64,000 nucleotides of DNA, from contig OZ241832.1 of assembly GCA_965202585.1 (NCBI GenBank), positions 8,122,001 to 8,186,000 of the forward strand, given 5' to 3'. A model generated the notes under the pieces. That model had not been told where the DNA came from and did not search any database. It saw nothing but the letters and a program-made list of their open reading frames with translations. A program made the position numbers and the translations under genes. The stretch is from Thalia democratica. Lineage: Eukaryota. Position 1 is the stretch's first letter; each line of letters begins with the position of its first letter. Shown here piece after piece: positions 1 to 11,882 of this stretch.

Positions 1-943
1 TTCAAATAGTTTTATTTTTTTACAAAAGTCTGATTTTAGGTGTTTTTGATTGCCGCACCCCTGCAAAAGCTGAGGCTTTCTTTTCAGAAAGTTTTTTTTT
101 TCGAACACAAAACTGGTCTAACGCAGCAGATGAGGTGTGGTAAAATAAAATCTTGAATGTTTTGTATGTGTTTCAATTAAATAAACTTTAAAAATTTTAA
201 AAGTACCCTTTTGTTTTGCAGTTTTCATTTCAAGGTTGTTTTGCCACCTTCTAAAAAGAGCCAGTTAACATAATATATATTTAGAGTAAACTTGTACAGC
301 TTGTTGTGGCAGTTGAAGTTATTGTTTTAGTTTCTTCTAACACCTACTTTGTATAAATTAGAAGTAAGTATACATTGTACGAACTTTTATAACTTTTTCT
401 GCAACTGAACTTTTAATAAACTATTAAATTTAATGCCAAACAATTTAAATAATTGTTTTATGAAAAAAACGTTTTTTCAACTGCTGCAAACTTTGCTTTA
501 TTTCCCCATTAACTAAAACATTGCAGGTTAAACTTAAGAAAATTTTAATATCTTAAGTACTAATTTAAGTTAGTTTTAGTTTGTTTTGTTAGCGTGCATT
601 AGCAAAACTATTATAACCTTTTACTGGGCTTTTTACAGCTTTATTTATTTACAAAACAAAATAAATTCAAAAAATTAATTTCTAAAAGTAAACGTTTGTT
701 TCTTCAGTACCAAACCGTTACTTTTAATTACTCAACAAACTGACGCATGCTGACGTCACAAACTAAAACTGCCAGTTTAAAGCAATCATATTAAGTAAAT
801 AATTTATATATATATGTAGTAATTAAACACGTGACGCTGCGCCCCTTTGAAGCGCGCTCGAGCGCTGAAAAAATTTGCGAGGGGGCGCGGCGTTGCCACG
901 ACAACCCGTTTCGAACCCCGTTTAACAACACCCCAACATTCAG

Positions 944-1072
944 TTCGGGATGATCGAGTGCGTGAGCGCCGGGTTGAAGGAGCAGTTCCCGTGGCTGAGG
1001 AGGAACAAGGTGAAGTTCCTCATCGGGTTGTGCCTCGTCCAGTTCCTGTGCGCCCTCCCCATGGTAATGCAG
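944..1072 (+). CDS. SLC6 (sodium:neurotransmitter symporter) transporter, internal exon; upstream exons lie outside the window
   Basis: cag|...|gttag boundaries, 129 nt, FGMIECVSAGLKEQFPWLRRNKVKFLIGLCLVQFLCALPMVMQ resembles SLC6 TM8-TM9; splices in phase to the next exon. Confidence 0.9.
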
Positions 1073-2749
1073 GTTAGAGGGAAACTTCCAGTTTTTAAAT
1101 TGTTTTAGTAGTTTTGAAGTTGTATTAGTGTATACCAAGGGTTAGTTATTTTAAGTTGTGCTTGGCTCAGTTTTTATTCGTTATCCCAATATGATTATGC
1201 GGGTTCGTTTTGGGAAATTCTCATTTTTGAATCTGTTTTAGCAGTTGTACCTGTAAGCTCTTATGCAATTAAATGGAATTAAATGGTTTTAGGAGAAATT
1301 ATCGGTAATAGGCCATTTTTTAATAGTTGTTATTTTAGCCCCAGTTTTGTGGCCAAATGAAGTTTGTTTTCAAAGTCTAGCCCCTGCGAATGAACCTTTA
1401 TCAAGGCCTTATTAAAATTACATTGTTTGTTGTATTTAAGCCCTTAATATCAGAAGAACGACGGTTCAAGTAGAGGGAGTTATGTCGTTTACAACCTCAT
1501 AAATTATCAAAAAGTCGAGTTAATTACAAAAAGTACGGGTACTTTAGTTCACGCCTGTGTGCACTGTTTTGTTAAAGTGTGTTTAATGGTAGTACAGCTC
1601 ATCTGTACTACACCTATATTTCAGTAGACTCCTTAAAGTTGGTAGTTAATTTTAAAAATTTGCCCTACTAAAATGTTTGTTGTAAGCCTTCAACCGTCTT
1701 GCCCAAATAATGCTTGGTGGAAATGAAATTCTAGTAAAACTTTTAAGTTTCGTGCAAAGTTTAACGCCTAAAGTATTAAGTTAATTTGTATTTTAATATT
1801 AGCTGACTGATTGCATTAACCCAAATACAATCGGTGTTTTAACTTTTAAGCTTTAACATTTTTCAAGTTTTTTTTTTGTATCATTTCAAAAACTTACCTG
1901 CTCCAGCAGTACTTCAATCTTTTACAATTTACTTTAGCAACAAATATTTTCTTTTTTAATTGTTTTCGCTTACCAACTACAATGCTGACCAAAACAAATT
2001 TTTCAGTGTTTAAGCAGTTAAAAAAAAAAACTGAAACATAGTTTAATTGTGTAAAATTTTATCCTGTAAACTTTCTATTGTATTGCTTAACTATTAAAAG
2101 TGTCCAGTCAAACTGCTTGTATATTAAGTACGACCTTACCAGTCCTTTGCGGTGACCTTTATGGAATAAAATTAGCAAACACTTTTAAACTCAACAATCT
2201 TAAATTCTACTCACCAGTTAAATATTTCCACTGACAATGTGTAGTATTTAAACCAATCAAACCGCTTCAAACGATCCAGTTGTTTTAAGACAATCAATCG
2301 TCACCCCAGATGTTAACTCAAGCGTGAAATGAGATTTCAAAGGTTGCGCAAGATTTTAAACCCGATTGCTTTGTTTTATTGGTTTACTGCTGCATTAGTT
2401 GAAATGTAATGCAGATTTTAATCTTTTTTTTTAAGCTTGTATTTACATTTTAATTGTGAATTTCTTGATTTTGTTCAAGTTTTAAAATTAGATAGATATT
2501 TTACAACATTTACTTTTTGCACTATAATGTACGTATATATAGTAAAAAATATTTTTCTTCATCATTTTGTATCGAAGACATCGAACTCGTACTTTATTTT
2601 TTTATCAGTGTTGGAACGAAATAAAACCGTAAAAGTGTTTAAAAATAAACAGTTTTTTTTTAAGAGTTGTTAAAGCAACAAATGTATATTATTATACAGA
2701 GTGTAGCTAAATGGGTGTAGAATTTAATATAAACTATTGTACTTTTCAG

Positions 2750-2849
2750 AGTGGAATTTACTGGGTAACACTTGTGGATTGGTACTGCTCCGGACTGCCT
2801 CTGATGGTGGCCGCCGGGTGTGAAATATTCTGCATTGCCTGGATCTACG
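2750..2849 (+). CDS. SLC6 transporter exon (TM10)
   Basis: ttttcag|...|gtaaat, 100 nt, SGIYWVTLVDWYCSGLPLMVAAGCEIFCIAWIYG matches the SLC6 GGIY..L.D.Y...E...I.W.YG pattern. Confidence 0.93.
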
Positions 2850-3311
2850 GTAAATAATATTAATTTATTTCAGAAAGTACGGTAAATATTTATTTATTTT
2901 GTTAGCGTTCTTTAAGACTTAAACCCTTTTTTTTCTATTGAACCAATACTCCTAAAAACTCCTACAGAAGCAGGAGTTTCTGTAAAGTGTTTATATAGTC
3001 GTACTGTGTACAAAAAACAATGATAAAATCTAATGCAAAAGATCTGTTCGTTACCGAATTTGTAAACCAAACTAACAAAAAAAAAAGCTGCAATTCAAAG
3101 CGTCATTGCAATATTTTTTTATTAGTTCCACTTTGAACATACTTATTAAACAGCACAAACTTTAGTTTATTTTTACCTCACAAGAGTTTTGCATTGTAAT
3201 GAAACGCCGTTTACATTTCACAACCACTTGTACATTTATTGTTCCCGGAGTTTTCATAAATTTGTTGTAGGTAGTTTTGAATTAATATTATATTTAATAC
3301 ATTTCAAACAG

Positions 3312-3418
3312 GAGTTGACAGGTTCATGTACGACTTGAAAGTTATGATCGGTTACACCCCAAACACTGCCCCCTGGTGGAGAATCGCGTGGCTGTACATT
3401 ACACCGAGCATCATTGTG
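3312..3418 (+). CDS. SLC6 transporter exon (TM11)
   Basis: acag|...|gttagt, 107 nt, phase 1 in and phase 0 out, GVDRFMYDLKVMIGYTPNTAPWWRIAWLYITPSIIV. Confidence 0.92.
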
Positions 3419-3462
3419 GTTAGTAATTTGTAACAATATTATTGGTTAACTGGTTACATTTC

Positions 3463-3523
3463 GTTACACCCTAATACTGCCCCCTGGTGGAGAATTGTGT
3501 GGTCGTATATCATACCGAGTATT
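3463..3523 (+). repeat. Degenerate intronic copy of the 3' half of the preceding SLC6 exon
   Basis: gttacaccctaatactgccccctggtggagaattgtgtggtcgtatatcataccgagtatt parallels exon gttacaccccaaacactgccccctggtggagaatcgcgtggctgtacattacaccgagcatc. Confidence 0.85.
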
Positions 3524-5198
3524 CGCTTAGTAAAAATAATAGTTACAAGTACTTTAGTATGCTAATTAACTTTATTTACCACGATCATGATTGTTATCAA
3601 AGTTTTTAAACAAAAAAATAAAAGAAGAACTACTTATATTTTTGTAATAAAACAGTATTAAGAAATTTTTATATAAAGAGCATAAATAATTTTATTCATT
3701 TATCCTTTAGCAGATATTTTCAACATAAAAGCTTTTTTGACAAAAGCTTATCTACCAGCTAAGTTGAAAAAAAAAATCTACACGTTTATCTTATCAACAG
3801 TTTTATTTTCAACAGCTGACTTTTTTTCTCTCCTATTTTAAATCATGATAATATATCAACTTATGAAATAGCAAACTTGGTTTATTTAAGTTGTATTTAT
3901 ACCTCGGTGAAACAATGTCACCAATTTACGCTTTATATGTATTCAAACATATTATACTAGCAATTGATAAAACAACATGTAACGAAACCCGGATGTTTTT
4001 AATATGTTACAAATCCGCTGTAATCTGCACATGTTGCAATGTATGCGGTCACATGAGTTTGATATCACTTGTATGCTACAAACTTGATATCGTTGTTCAA
4101 ACAGTTGCCGTCACAACCAGATAAGCTCAATACACACGTTCCCAGCGATTAGAGATTGTGCTTCGTAGCAATATTAGAATTGTTTATTGAATGTTGGTCT
4201 ATAAGGTTTATAATCTGTCTTGCAGCACAAAACAAGACTTCAGAATGTTACATGTTTTCTTAAATGGTACTAACGCCATTATTAGTTTTTAAGTTGAGCT
4301 TTTGTACAAAGTTTTGTTGAGTAGACCTAAACATACTTATGTAGGGAGTATTTATCTCCACAATGTCTTTCTGACAGTATAAAATGTTTATGTAGCTTTG
4401 AAAATATTTTTACAAACAGTTTTTTCGAGTAGTTTTAATTTTTGTTAGTGATAAAAAGTATAACAACAATTTTATCTTTTAAAGTATCGTCAATTTTCTT
4501 TTTGTTTGTATAAAAACTATTTAATTACTATAAAAACTTAAAATGTATAAAAAATGGTGAGATTTAAGGCAAAAAGTTTTAGTTTGATATACCACTTGCC
4601 TAATAAGTTGAGTACTTACATGTTAAGGTCTTCTTTTCTAAAAAAATAAGCATACTTAATCGCTTAATATAACATATTTTTAAGGTTCTTACTTTTATAT
4701 TCCGATTTAACAACACTCTTTTTTATCTTTTTATTTTTTCACAACTGTATGCTAATGTTAAAGTTAAGTTGCTGAATGTCAGATAAATTTAATCAATATT
4801 TGATAAAACTAAATACTTGTATGCTAACAAAGTTTGTACAACAACTGTTCAAGGGTAATTGAAAGTTTCATGTGAACACAATAGTTCACGACAACTTCTC
4901 CATCACACGCAACCACTTACTACTATGACGTAATAATATAGGGGCGAGTGAAAACATTTAGAATAAAACAAAATACAACCAGAGTTTTCAATCAACAAAT
5001 ACTAGTTAATACTAACTTGCTTAATCAAGTTAGAGTTTAAAAAGAATTATGTAACAAAATTTTGCATATCGCAGGTTCTAGTCAAAAGACAAAAACAGTT
5101 AAACAATATTTCAAAAAAACTTTTTGCCATGTGACCGTGTTGTTTGTAGTACTGCATATTTTACTACAATATGTTATATTAATATAAAATTCACAATA

Positions 5199-5336
5199 CA
5201 AACTAATTATTACGTCACAGGGCCTGGTGATCTGCTACATGGTGTTTTACACGCCAGTGGTGCACAACTTATTATCATTTCGTCACAATACAAACTAATT
5301 ATTTTGTCACAGTCCAAACTAATTATTACGTCACAG
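5199..5336 (+). repeat. Duplicated acceptor plus first ~44 nt of the SLC6 TM12 exon, with repeated caaactaattatt..gtcacag units
   Basis: caaactaattattacgtcacag|ggcctggt(g/c)atctgctacatgg occurs with acceptors ending at 5220 and 5336; a further cag acceptor ends at 5312. Confidence 0.85.
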
Positions 5337-5516
5337 GGCCTGGTCATCTGCTACATGGCGTTTTACACGCCAGTGGTGTACGACGGCGTGATCTACCCGT
5401 CGTGGGCTGAAGTGATTGGGTGGATGTCCTGTTTCAGCTCCATCGTCCTCATACCCGCCACCGCCTTCTACCAGGTTTACTACCACGAGAGGGCGCAAGG
5501 GTTATCGTTCGCACAG
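5337..5516 (+). CDS. SLC6 transporter exon (EL6-TM12)
   Basis: tcacag|...|gttcgt, 180 nt, GLVICYMAFYTPVVYDGVIYPSWAEVIGWMSCFSSIVLIP matches Y.YP.WA..IGW. Confidence 0.92.
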
Positions 5517-6695
5517 GTTCGTAACCGCATGTTATTTTCATGTTTGATTTGTTTTCAATAAAAACTTGTAAAAACTTTTTTAAGGGACTGAAAAAGTTAA
5601 ACAGCTAATCAATGCAAACTACATTATATTTTAAACCAGAAGCCACAAGGCTTCACACAATGTACTAACCGTGGGCAAACCACTTTATATAAAACAATAA
5701 AACAGAGCTATGTGTGTGTGTACAATAAGCTAGAACTTCCTGTATAGTCGATTATCTGTTACATTCTCCTTACACTTGCTTTAGCTGCCTTTACATCGAG
5801 CTTGAAGTTTAAATAAAGCTATTAGTTGAAATTAGTGAGCTGTTGCCTAAGCTTAAAAATAAGGTTTTTCAATTAGTAGTTTAAGGCAAGGTTCAGCCTG
5901 TATGCTTTTCGTATTTATTCAACTTTTTCTTTACTTTAAAAATAACTTAAGTCAATGTGCAAAAAAAAAGTTTTTGAATATTTTTTTAGGCATCGCATTA
6001 TGTGCCGGGTGCACGGCAATTCAGGTATAGACAATTTATATTCATAGAAAAATGTTTGAGGGACATTATCTCAAAAAATTTATTTAAAAAAAATAAAAAT
6101 AGGTGTGTAGGTGTTATTAAAAACTACAAGCCATTTATTATCTTTTGAGGTATGGCTAAAATATGTTATAAAATACAGTTATTTTAGTAATTTTAAATTT
6201 TTTTTTTTAATATTTAAAATTCTGCAAATAATAAAAAATGGCTTGTAGGTCCATTAACTTTTACTGATAATTACGACATTTGTACACAGACTCGAATTTA
6301 GAGAACATATTGTCCCATAATGTTAAGCTTTAAACTGAAAAAGTCTATTTTTTACTACCCAAGTTTCTATTCTTTATAATACTCTGACAAACACAGTTGA
6401 CAAAAAATTAGCTTGTTCATAAATTTTATTAGAAAACTGATAAGCTTATCTAAATCTAATTAAAAAACAATAAAAATAACATAAATATATTTTTTTAGTA
6501 TAGGGAACTTCAGTTCAAGTTTAGATTCTTTGTAGCACTTCAACAAACATAACAGAGTTGAAAAATTAAATTTGTATATTATTTCAATCAGAAGGCCCAT
6601 AAACTCAGCCTAAATATATACTTTTCAAAAACCAATTAATAAATAGAAAATATATTAAAAATAACTTATAAATAAAAAATTATATTTTTTACCAG

Positions 6696-6899
6696 AGGGT
6701 GCGCGAACTTCTCAGGTGCGACCCGTCATGGGGCCCCACCGACCCGGAAATCGACTACAAGTACCGTCGCCATGGCGACAACGGGGAGAAGCTGGAGATG
6801 CTTCCCGCCAAAAAGGTCGGTTCCCATGGCAACCTGTGCTGCCCCAGGGCGGGGGAGAGTGTGGGGTCCGGAAATTCCAGCCCGCCCCTCTACCGGTAG
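6696..6899 (+). CDS. SLC6 transporter terminal exon
   Basis: ttttaccag| then RVRELLRCDPSWGPTDPE...PLYR* with the C-terminal P..WGP motif; TAG at 6897-6899. Confidence 0.88.
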   Translation, partial: RVRELLRCDPSWGPTDPEIDYKYRRHGDNGEKLEMLPAKKVGSHGNLCCPRAGESVGSGNSSPPLYR

Positions 6900-7712
6900 C
6901 TGAAGGAATTATTGTTTATTTTTTTTATGATTTTTCCCGTTTTGCGAAAAAAAAGAGTTTGTTGGTAACTTTTTTTTCTAGGTTATTATTTTGAAAGCGG
7001 TTCTTATAGAGTTGCAAGGTTTGAACAAATAGTTTTTCGTTTCGGCTTGAAATTTTTTGTTTAACCTCTCAAAAGAAAAAAAATAATATTTTTAGTTTGA
7101 AAAACCCAAATTTTTATTAAAAGCATAACATTTTTACGTTATTTAAGTCGATTTTTGTCAAGTACATTTCAGTTTTATTTCTCATACTATAAAGTTTCTT
7201 CAAAAAATTAAGTCTTCTTTTTTATCATTGTGTCAAAAGAATTTCTAGATAAATTATTGGATTCCGTTTGTTGTTTTTATATATTTTTTCTCATTTTCAA
7301 ATTTTTTTAAAATTAATATGTAAAATAAATTTTTTTATCAATTTTAAGTATGACGGTAGTTAATCTTTTATTTTTGCTTAAGTAAATTTTTATTAGTACT
7401 ACCTAAATTGGCTTTGAGAAAAGATAAAAATGGATCTAAATATTTTTTTTTGATTTTTCTAAGTTTGGTTACTATAAAACCTGTAGCGAACTAAACATTC
7501 ATATAAAAAAAATCCAGATTTTTATTGCAACGGCAAAGCACAAGAGCTATCTAATCAAACGACCACATGCGTGAAAATATAATTTGTGTATTATTTTAAA
7601 CTTAAATAGTAAGAAAAAAAAGTAAACTTTCGGTGTTACTCACCATGCTAGTGTTTCGCAAACGCTCGCTTCGCAAAAATTTAAATAAAATCGCCACCAT
7701 TATTTACATACC

Positions 7713-9021
7713 GCCCCTTTGTTAGCTAGTTACCCATTTATTTTTACGTCTCACTATTACCCCTAGCGGTGAAAATTTCCATCAAGGGGCGATGTTGCCT
7801 ACTTTAGGGAACTCTGCTCCACGCCACCACCAAACTGTACAACAGCTCAATCCGAGAAACTAATCCCAAAAAATGTCAGTTTCAATCAACAGATGACTGC
7901 AAAGCTGAGAATAGCTCGTCCTCAACTAATTTTTGAAAAACAATTTAGTGTGATAAACACTTTTTTCATTGATCTCATCTGAATTTTTACCATTGATAAC
8001 AATCCCTTGTTTTGGATTTTAATGATGATTTAAGACGTTAACTTTACTTTTTTTAAAACCACCTTAAATGAAGAGCAGAGGTTGCAATGTTTTAATCCTG
8101 CCGCATAAACAAATGATTAAATGAATGAAAAATAATATACAAAATCTTGTCGTGGTTGTTTAAGAAAAAAATTTAAAATGGCTGTCGTATATCTAAAATA
8201 AAAATTACTAAAATAAGTTTTTGTTGTTAAGTAAATTACTTTTTAATTGAAACATACGTTTATTAAACTGATCAAAATAAGAATTTCTCTGGTATAATGG
8301 TTTTCAAAGCTTAAAATTTGTAATTTGTCAACTTAAAACGTCTAACGAAACATCATAAAGTTAGAACAACTTTTGCACATCTTAAGCTTTGATATACTTT
8401 TGAAATTACACCCTGAAATACAGTTGAAAAAAAATAATTTAACCAAAACAAAAACGTGACAGTTGATAAATCTATCTCGAAATTAATCATAACAAACTGT
8501 TATTAAAGAAAAGTTGATGTTTATATGAAATTGTAAACAAGGTACCTTATTAACAACAAAAGAAAAATGCTTGCTAATATTTTGAATCTGTACGCTAAAA
8601 GCACAAAAGTTCTTCTTTGAAAACAGCAGTGTTTGAGTTAATTAAAAACATTTTTACACAGCTTAAAGTCAGCATTATAGTTTGCACTATGCTAAGCTAC
8701 GACTTACGAAGGGTAGAGTTTGAAACTGATGTTTTTGCCATAACAAATATAAACAAAAAGAACTGGTTAATAATAAAAAGATCAAAACAACATCAGTTAG
8801 CTACGGGTAGGTGTTACGAGCGGACAAAATTGCATAAAGGGACAAAATTGCACGAAGACACTTTTGCTCGTGGGGACATTTTTGCACAAAGGGTCATTTT
8901 TGATCAAGTGACAATTTTGCACAAGTTGAAGTTTTTAAATTATTTTGTTAATCTATTTTTTTTTAATTTGAAATACATATTTATTTTACTATCACTGTTA
9001 CCCTAACCCTTCCCTCGGTTG
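7713..9021 (+). repeat. Left arm of a long inverted duplication (partner 16501-17986)
   Basis: gcccctttgttagctagttacccattt (7713) is the reverse complement of aaatgggcaaccagctagcaaaggggc (ending 17986); about 7930-9021 matches about 17580-16501; ORF-track peptides 8617..9006(+) and 16572..16805(-) share MLSYDLRRVEFETDVF. Confidence 0.9.
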
Positions 9022-9384
9022 ATGACTTATTTATCAATTTTTTTATTAGTTATTATTTATTTTAACTGTCACTGTAACCCCTAACCCTACTTGTTGGTAG
9101 GTAACTTTTTTTTTATAATAGTTTTTATTAGTTATTATTTGTATTTTTATTTTACTATTACTGTTACCCCTGCCCCTTACCCTCGGTCAGTATTTATTTT
9201 TTGTTTTTTTAACTTAATCATTTTTCATTTTTTTGTTCTTTTTATTTTAATATTTTTCTGTGTTTTTTTACTTTCGTGCAAAATTGGCCATTTGTGCAAA
9301 ATCGTTTTCGTGCAATTTTGTGCACTCGTGCAATTTTGCGCACTCGTGCAATTTAGTTCCCTCGTGCAATTTAGACCCGTTCTC
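8805..9384. mobile_element. Non-autonomous Mutator/Foldback-like MITE (tttgcacga subrepeats, ccctaaccct core)
   Basis: Ends GGGTAGGTGTTAC and ACCCGTTCTC resemble the termini of the 41877-43918 element; no matching TSD on this copy. Confidence 0.7.
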
Positions 9385-10608
9385 TTTTTTTCTCTAGCAT
9401 CATCAAATTTTTTTTTTCTAAAAATTACAGTTCTAAAGGAGCTTTACAGTATCTTTTGAATGTTTTTCATACAATACAACACAGTTTTTAACTCATAATA
9501 AACTTTAAACTAAAAATAGACCCAAAAATGCGTAATTTTAAAAACCTGCAGAAATTTTTGAAAACTTGGAGAAAATTTGCTTAAAACATTTAGCAACCCT
9601 GTCTTTAGCAACAAGTGGTGACCTTTATTTGTTATATATCTTTAAAGACAACAGCTTTAAATAAATGATTTGGCTAATTTTAAACTGTTTTTAGTGCAGA
9701 AGTATAGTTCACAAAAACTATATATTTTCAAATAATTTGTTTGTTATATTTTATTAATTATAGCAATCAAAGGTTGTCAAACACTCAGGGTACTCAGAGA
9801 AACATAGGGTATTCTAAAAGTTTAGAAAATCTCTTAGAGGCTCTGGGAAACTCAGGGTAGTTTTATTTTCAATAAATATATTAGGATAGTTTTAAGACTT
9901 TCAAAATTTTAGGTTAGTATTCATATATATTGAATGAGATTTAATTGAATTAGTTTGAATACTTTGTTTTATAACCAATTTTGTTTAAAACTTGATTTCT
10001 ATTGATGTCGAAAAATTGTTTTTTTGTACTAAGGATTTGAAAAATCTCGAGGTGACTCAGAACAGTTTAAGGTCACTCAGGCCCTAACTCAAACATTTAT
10101 GCCAAGAAAACTAAATAAATTTAATCGTTAAAATAATAAAAGTATGTATATTGAAGCAGATGTTTGCAAAATTTTAGCTCTATATTATTATGCTTATATT
10201 TATTTATATATTTATTGTGTTAGGATTGTAAATTCACACAAACGCTAAAATACAATGTAATTAAATTGTTAATTTCATGAAATAAGTTTGACTCACTAGG
10301 TCAGTATAAATAAAGCTTGAGCTTTTTAATAGCATAAGCTTAATAAATATTTGAAGATATGTTGGTTTGAATTTTGTATTATCATGTTTTGCATAGTAGT
10401 TTGAAATACAGTTTTTTTGTATTCACAAAATGTTTTATTTAAATGAAAACAAAATTTAAGAACAAAACTATTACGACCTATGTTAACAGCTTTAGCAAAG
10501 TATAGTTTACACAACGTAGAAGTTAAATTGCTATTTGGAATTAAGATTTAGTGCATTTTAATTTTGTAATACTATCATGTTATCATTCTATTGTTTTTTT
10601 TATTAGTA

Positions 10609-11004
10609 ATGTCTTCAATAGTCTGGCAATATTTTACTATAAGTTAGGAAGATAGCTCCATCGCAATGTGCAATATCTGCGGAGCTAAGATAAAAAGAGG
10701 AAGTAGCAAGCCTAAGTCTATACTACCTTTTCCATGCACGAGCATTTGAAAACTCAACACATCGAGAGTTACAAAAGTCTCAAAGTTAATCTTTAGACAA
10801 AGATAGAAGTTGTACTGCACCCGAACCTACGAAGAAAAGAAAGCTTGAAATTATCAAGCAAACTAGCCTTGATGATTATAGATCTATGAAACTCTGGGAC
10901 ATTAAGGATTTAAAAGCAATTAAGGTTTATAAAAATTACCAAAATATTTGGACTCGTACTCGGATTCGGCCGAATCCGAAATTTTTGGACTCGGTAGATC
11001 ACTA
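10609..11004 (+). mobile_element. Decayed hAT-type transposase N-terminus (BED zinc finger) followed by a probable terminal repeat
   Basis: MSSIVWQYFTIS*EDSSIAMCNICGAKIKRG..., then a frameshift to YTTFSMHEHLKTQH (W-YF, CxxC, HLxxxH); ends tcggtagatcacta. Confidence 0.7.
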
Positions 11005-11882
11005 GTTTTAACCATATTTATTTGATTCACGCACTATGATCTTAGAAGCATTAAAAACTTGTTTGTAAATATGTTTTTTGTAAATATTGCTATATCAACA
11101 TTAAAAAGTATTATAATTTATCTATTATCTTATGTTATGCTAACAAGCAGGTGCATTTTAAACTTAACTTTAAGACTTTATTTTTTATACTTTATGAAGT
11201 TTCAAAGGTTTCTGTTATAAAAGAAAATTAAAATTTGTTTTAAAATTACCAATTTCAAGGTCAAAGTTACACTTTTTTACTTGCGTTTTTTTGATAGTAA
11301 ACTGTTCACTTTAAAAGTACAAATAGAACTCTCTCAAATAAAAGTAGTTTAGATTAATGCATAAAATAAACACCATAGGTTAGGTTTAAAGTTATGAACA
11401 GCTTTTTTTAATTTTTGTTCATATCTATTCTTAAAAATTTTAAACTTTGTCGACTTTTAATCATTGCTTTCCTTTTTAAAAGTTTTTAACTCGCACCCAT
11501 AATATGCTCAGGTGTTATAGTTTATTGAACGACAAAAAAAGACGCTCAAAATATTTGGTTCTAGGACCTTACGCATGAAGAACCTTCGGTTATCGAGTCG
11601 CACACCACGGGTACCTTTTAAGGTCTTGTCCAGGACTTGCTTTAGCAAACCGGTATAATTTTATTTCTGCTATCCTAACCACCAAACAAAAAAAAAACAA
11701 GTAAAAAATTCTAAACTGTGCAAAAATGTCACAAAATCAAAACATTAAACAAAATTTTTCCAAAAACTTTTAATTATGACGTAGGCTTCTGTTTTTGGAT
11801 GCTTTTCATAAAAAACCAAAGAAAACCAAACCAATACTTTTCGTTTTCCGTTTTTGTTTTTTTTTGTCCAACATCAAAAATA

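Noticed and set aside
751-833. CRE (TGACGTCA, 751-758) and E-box (CACGTG, 828-833) in the SLC6 intron
   Set aside because: Short motifs expected by chance; no independent support
791-1138. ORF-track entries 847..1077(+) and 791..1138(-)
   Set aside because: Wrong-frame and antisense shadows of the GC-rich SLC6 exon 944-1072
8995-9090. ccctaaccct motifs (also 16511-16522 and about 39015) as telomeric repeats
   Set aside because: Only 1-2 units each, embedded in the MITE core; not an array
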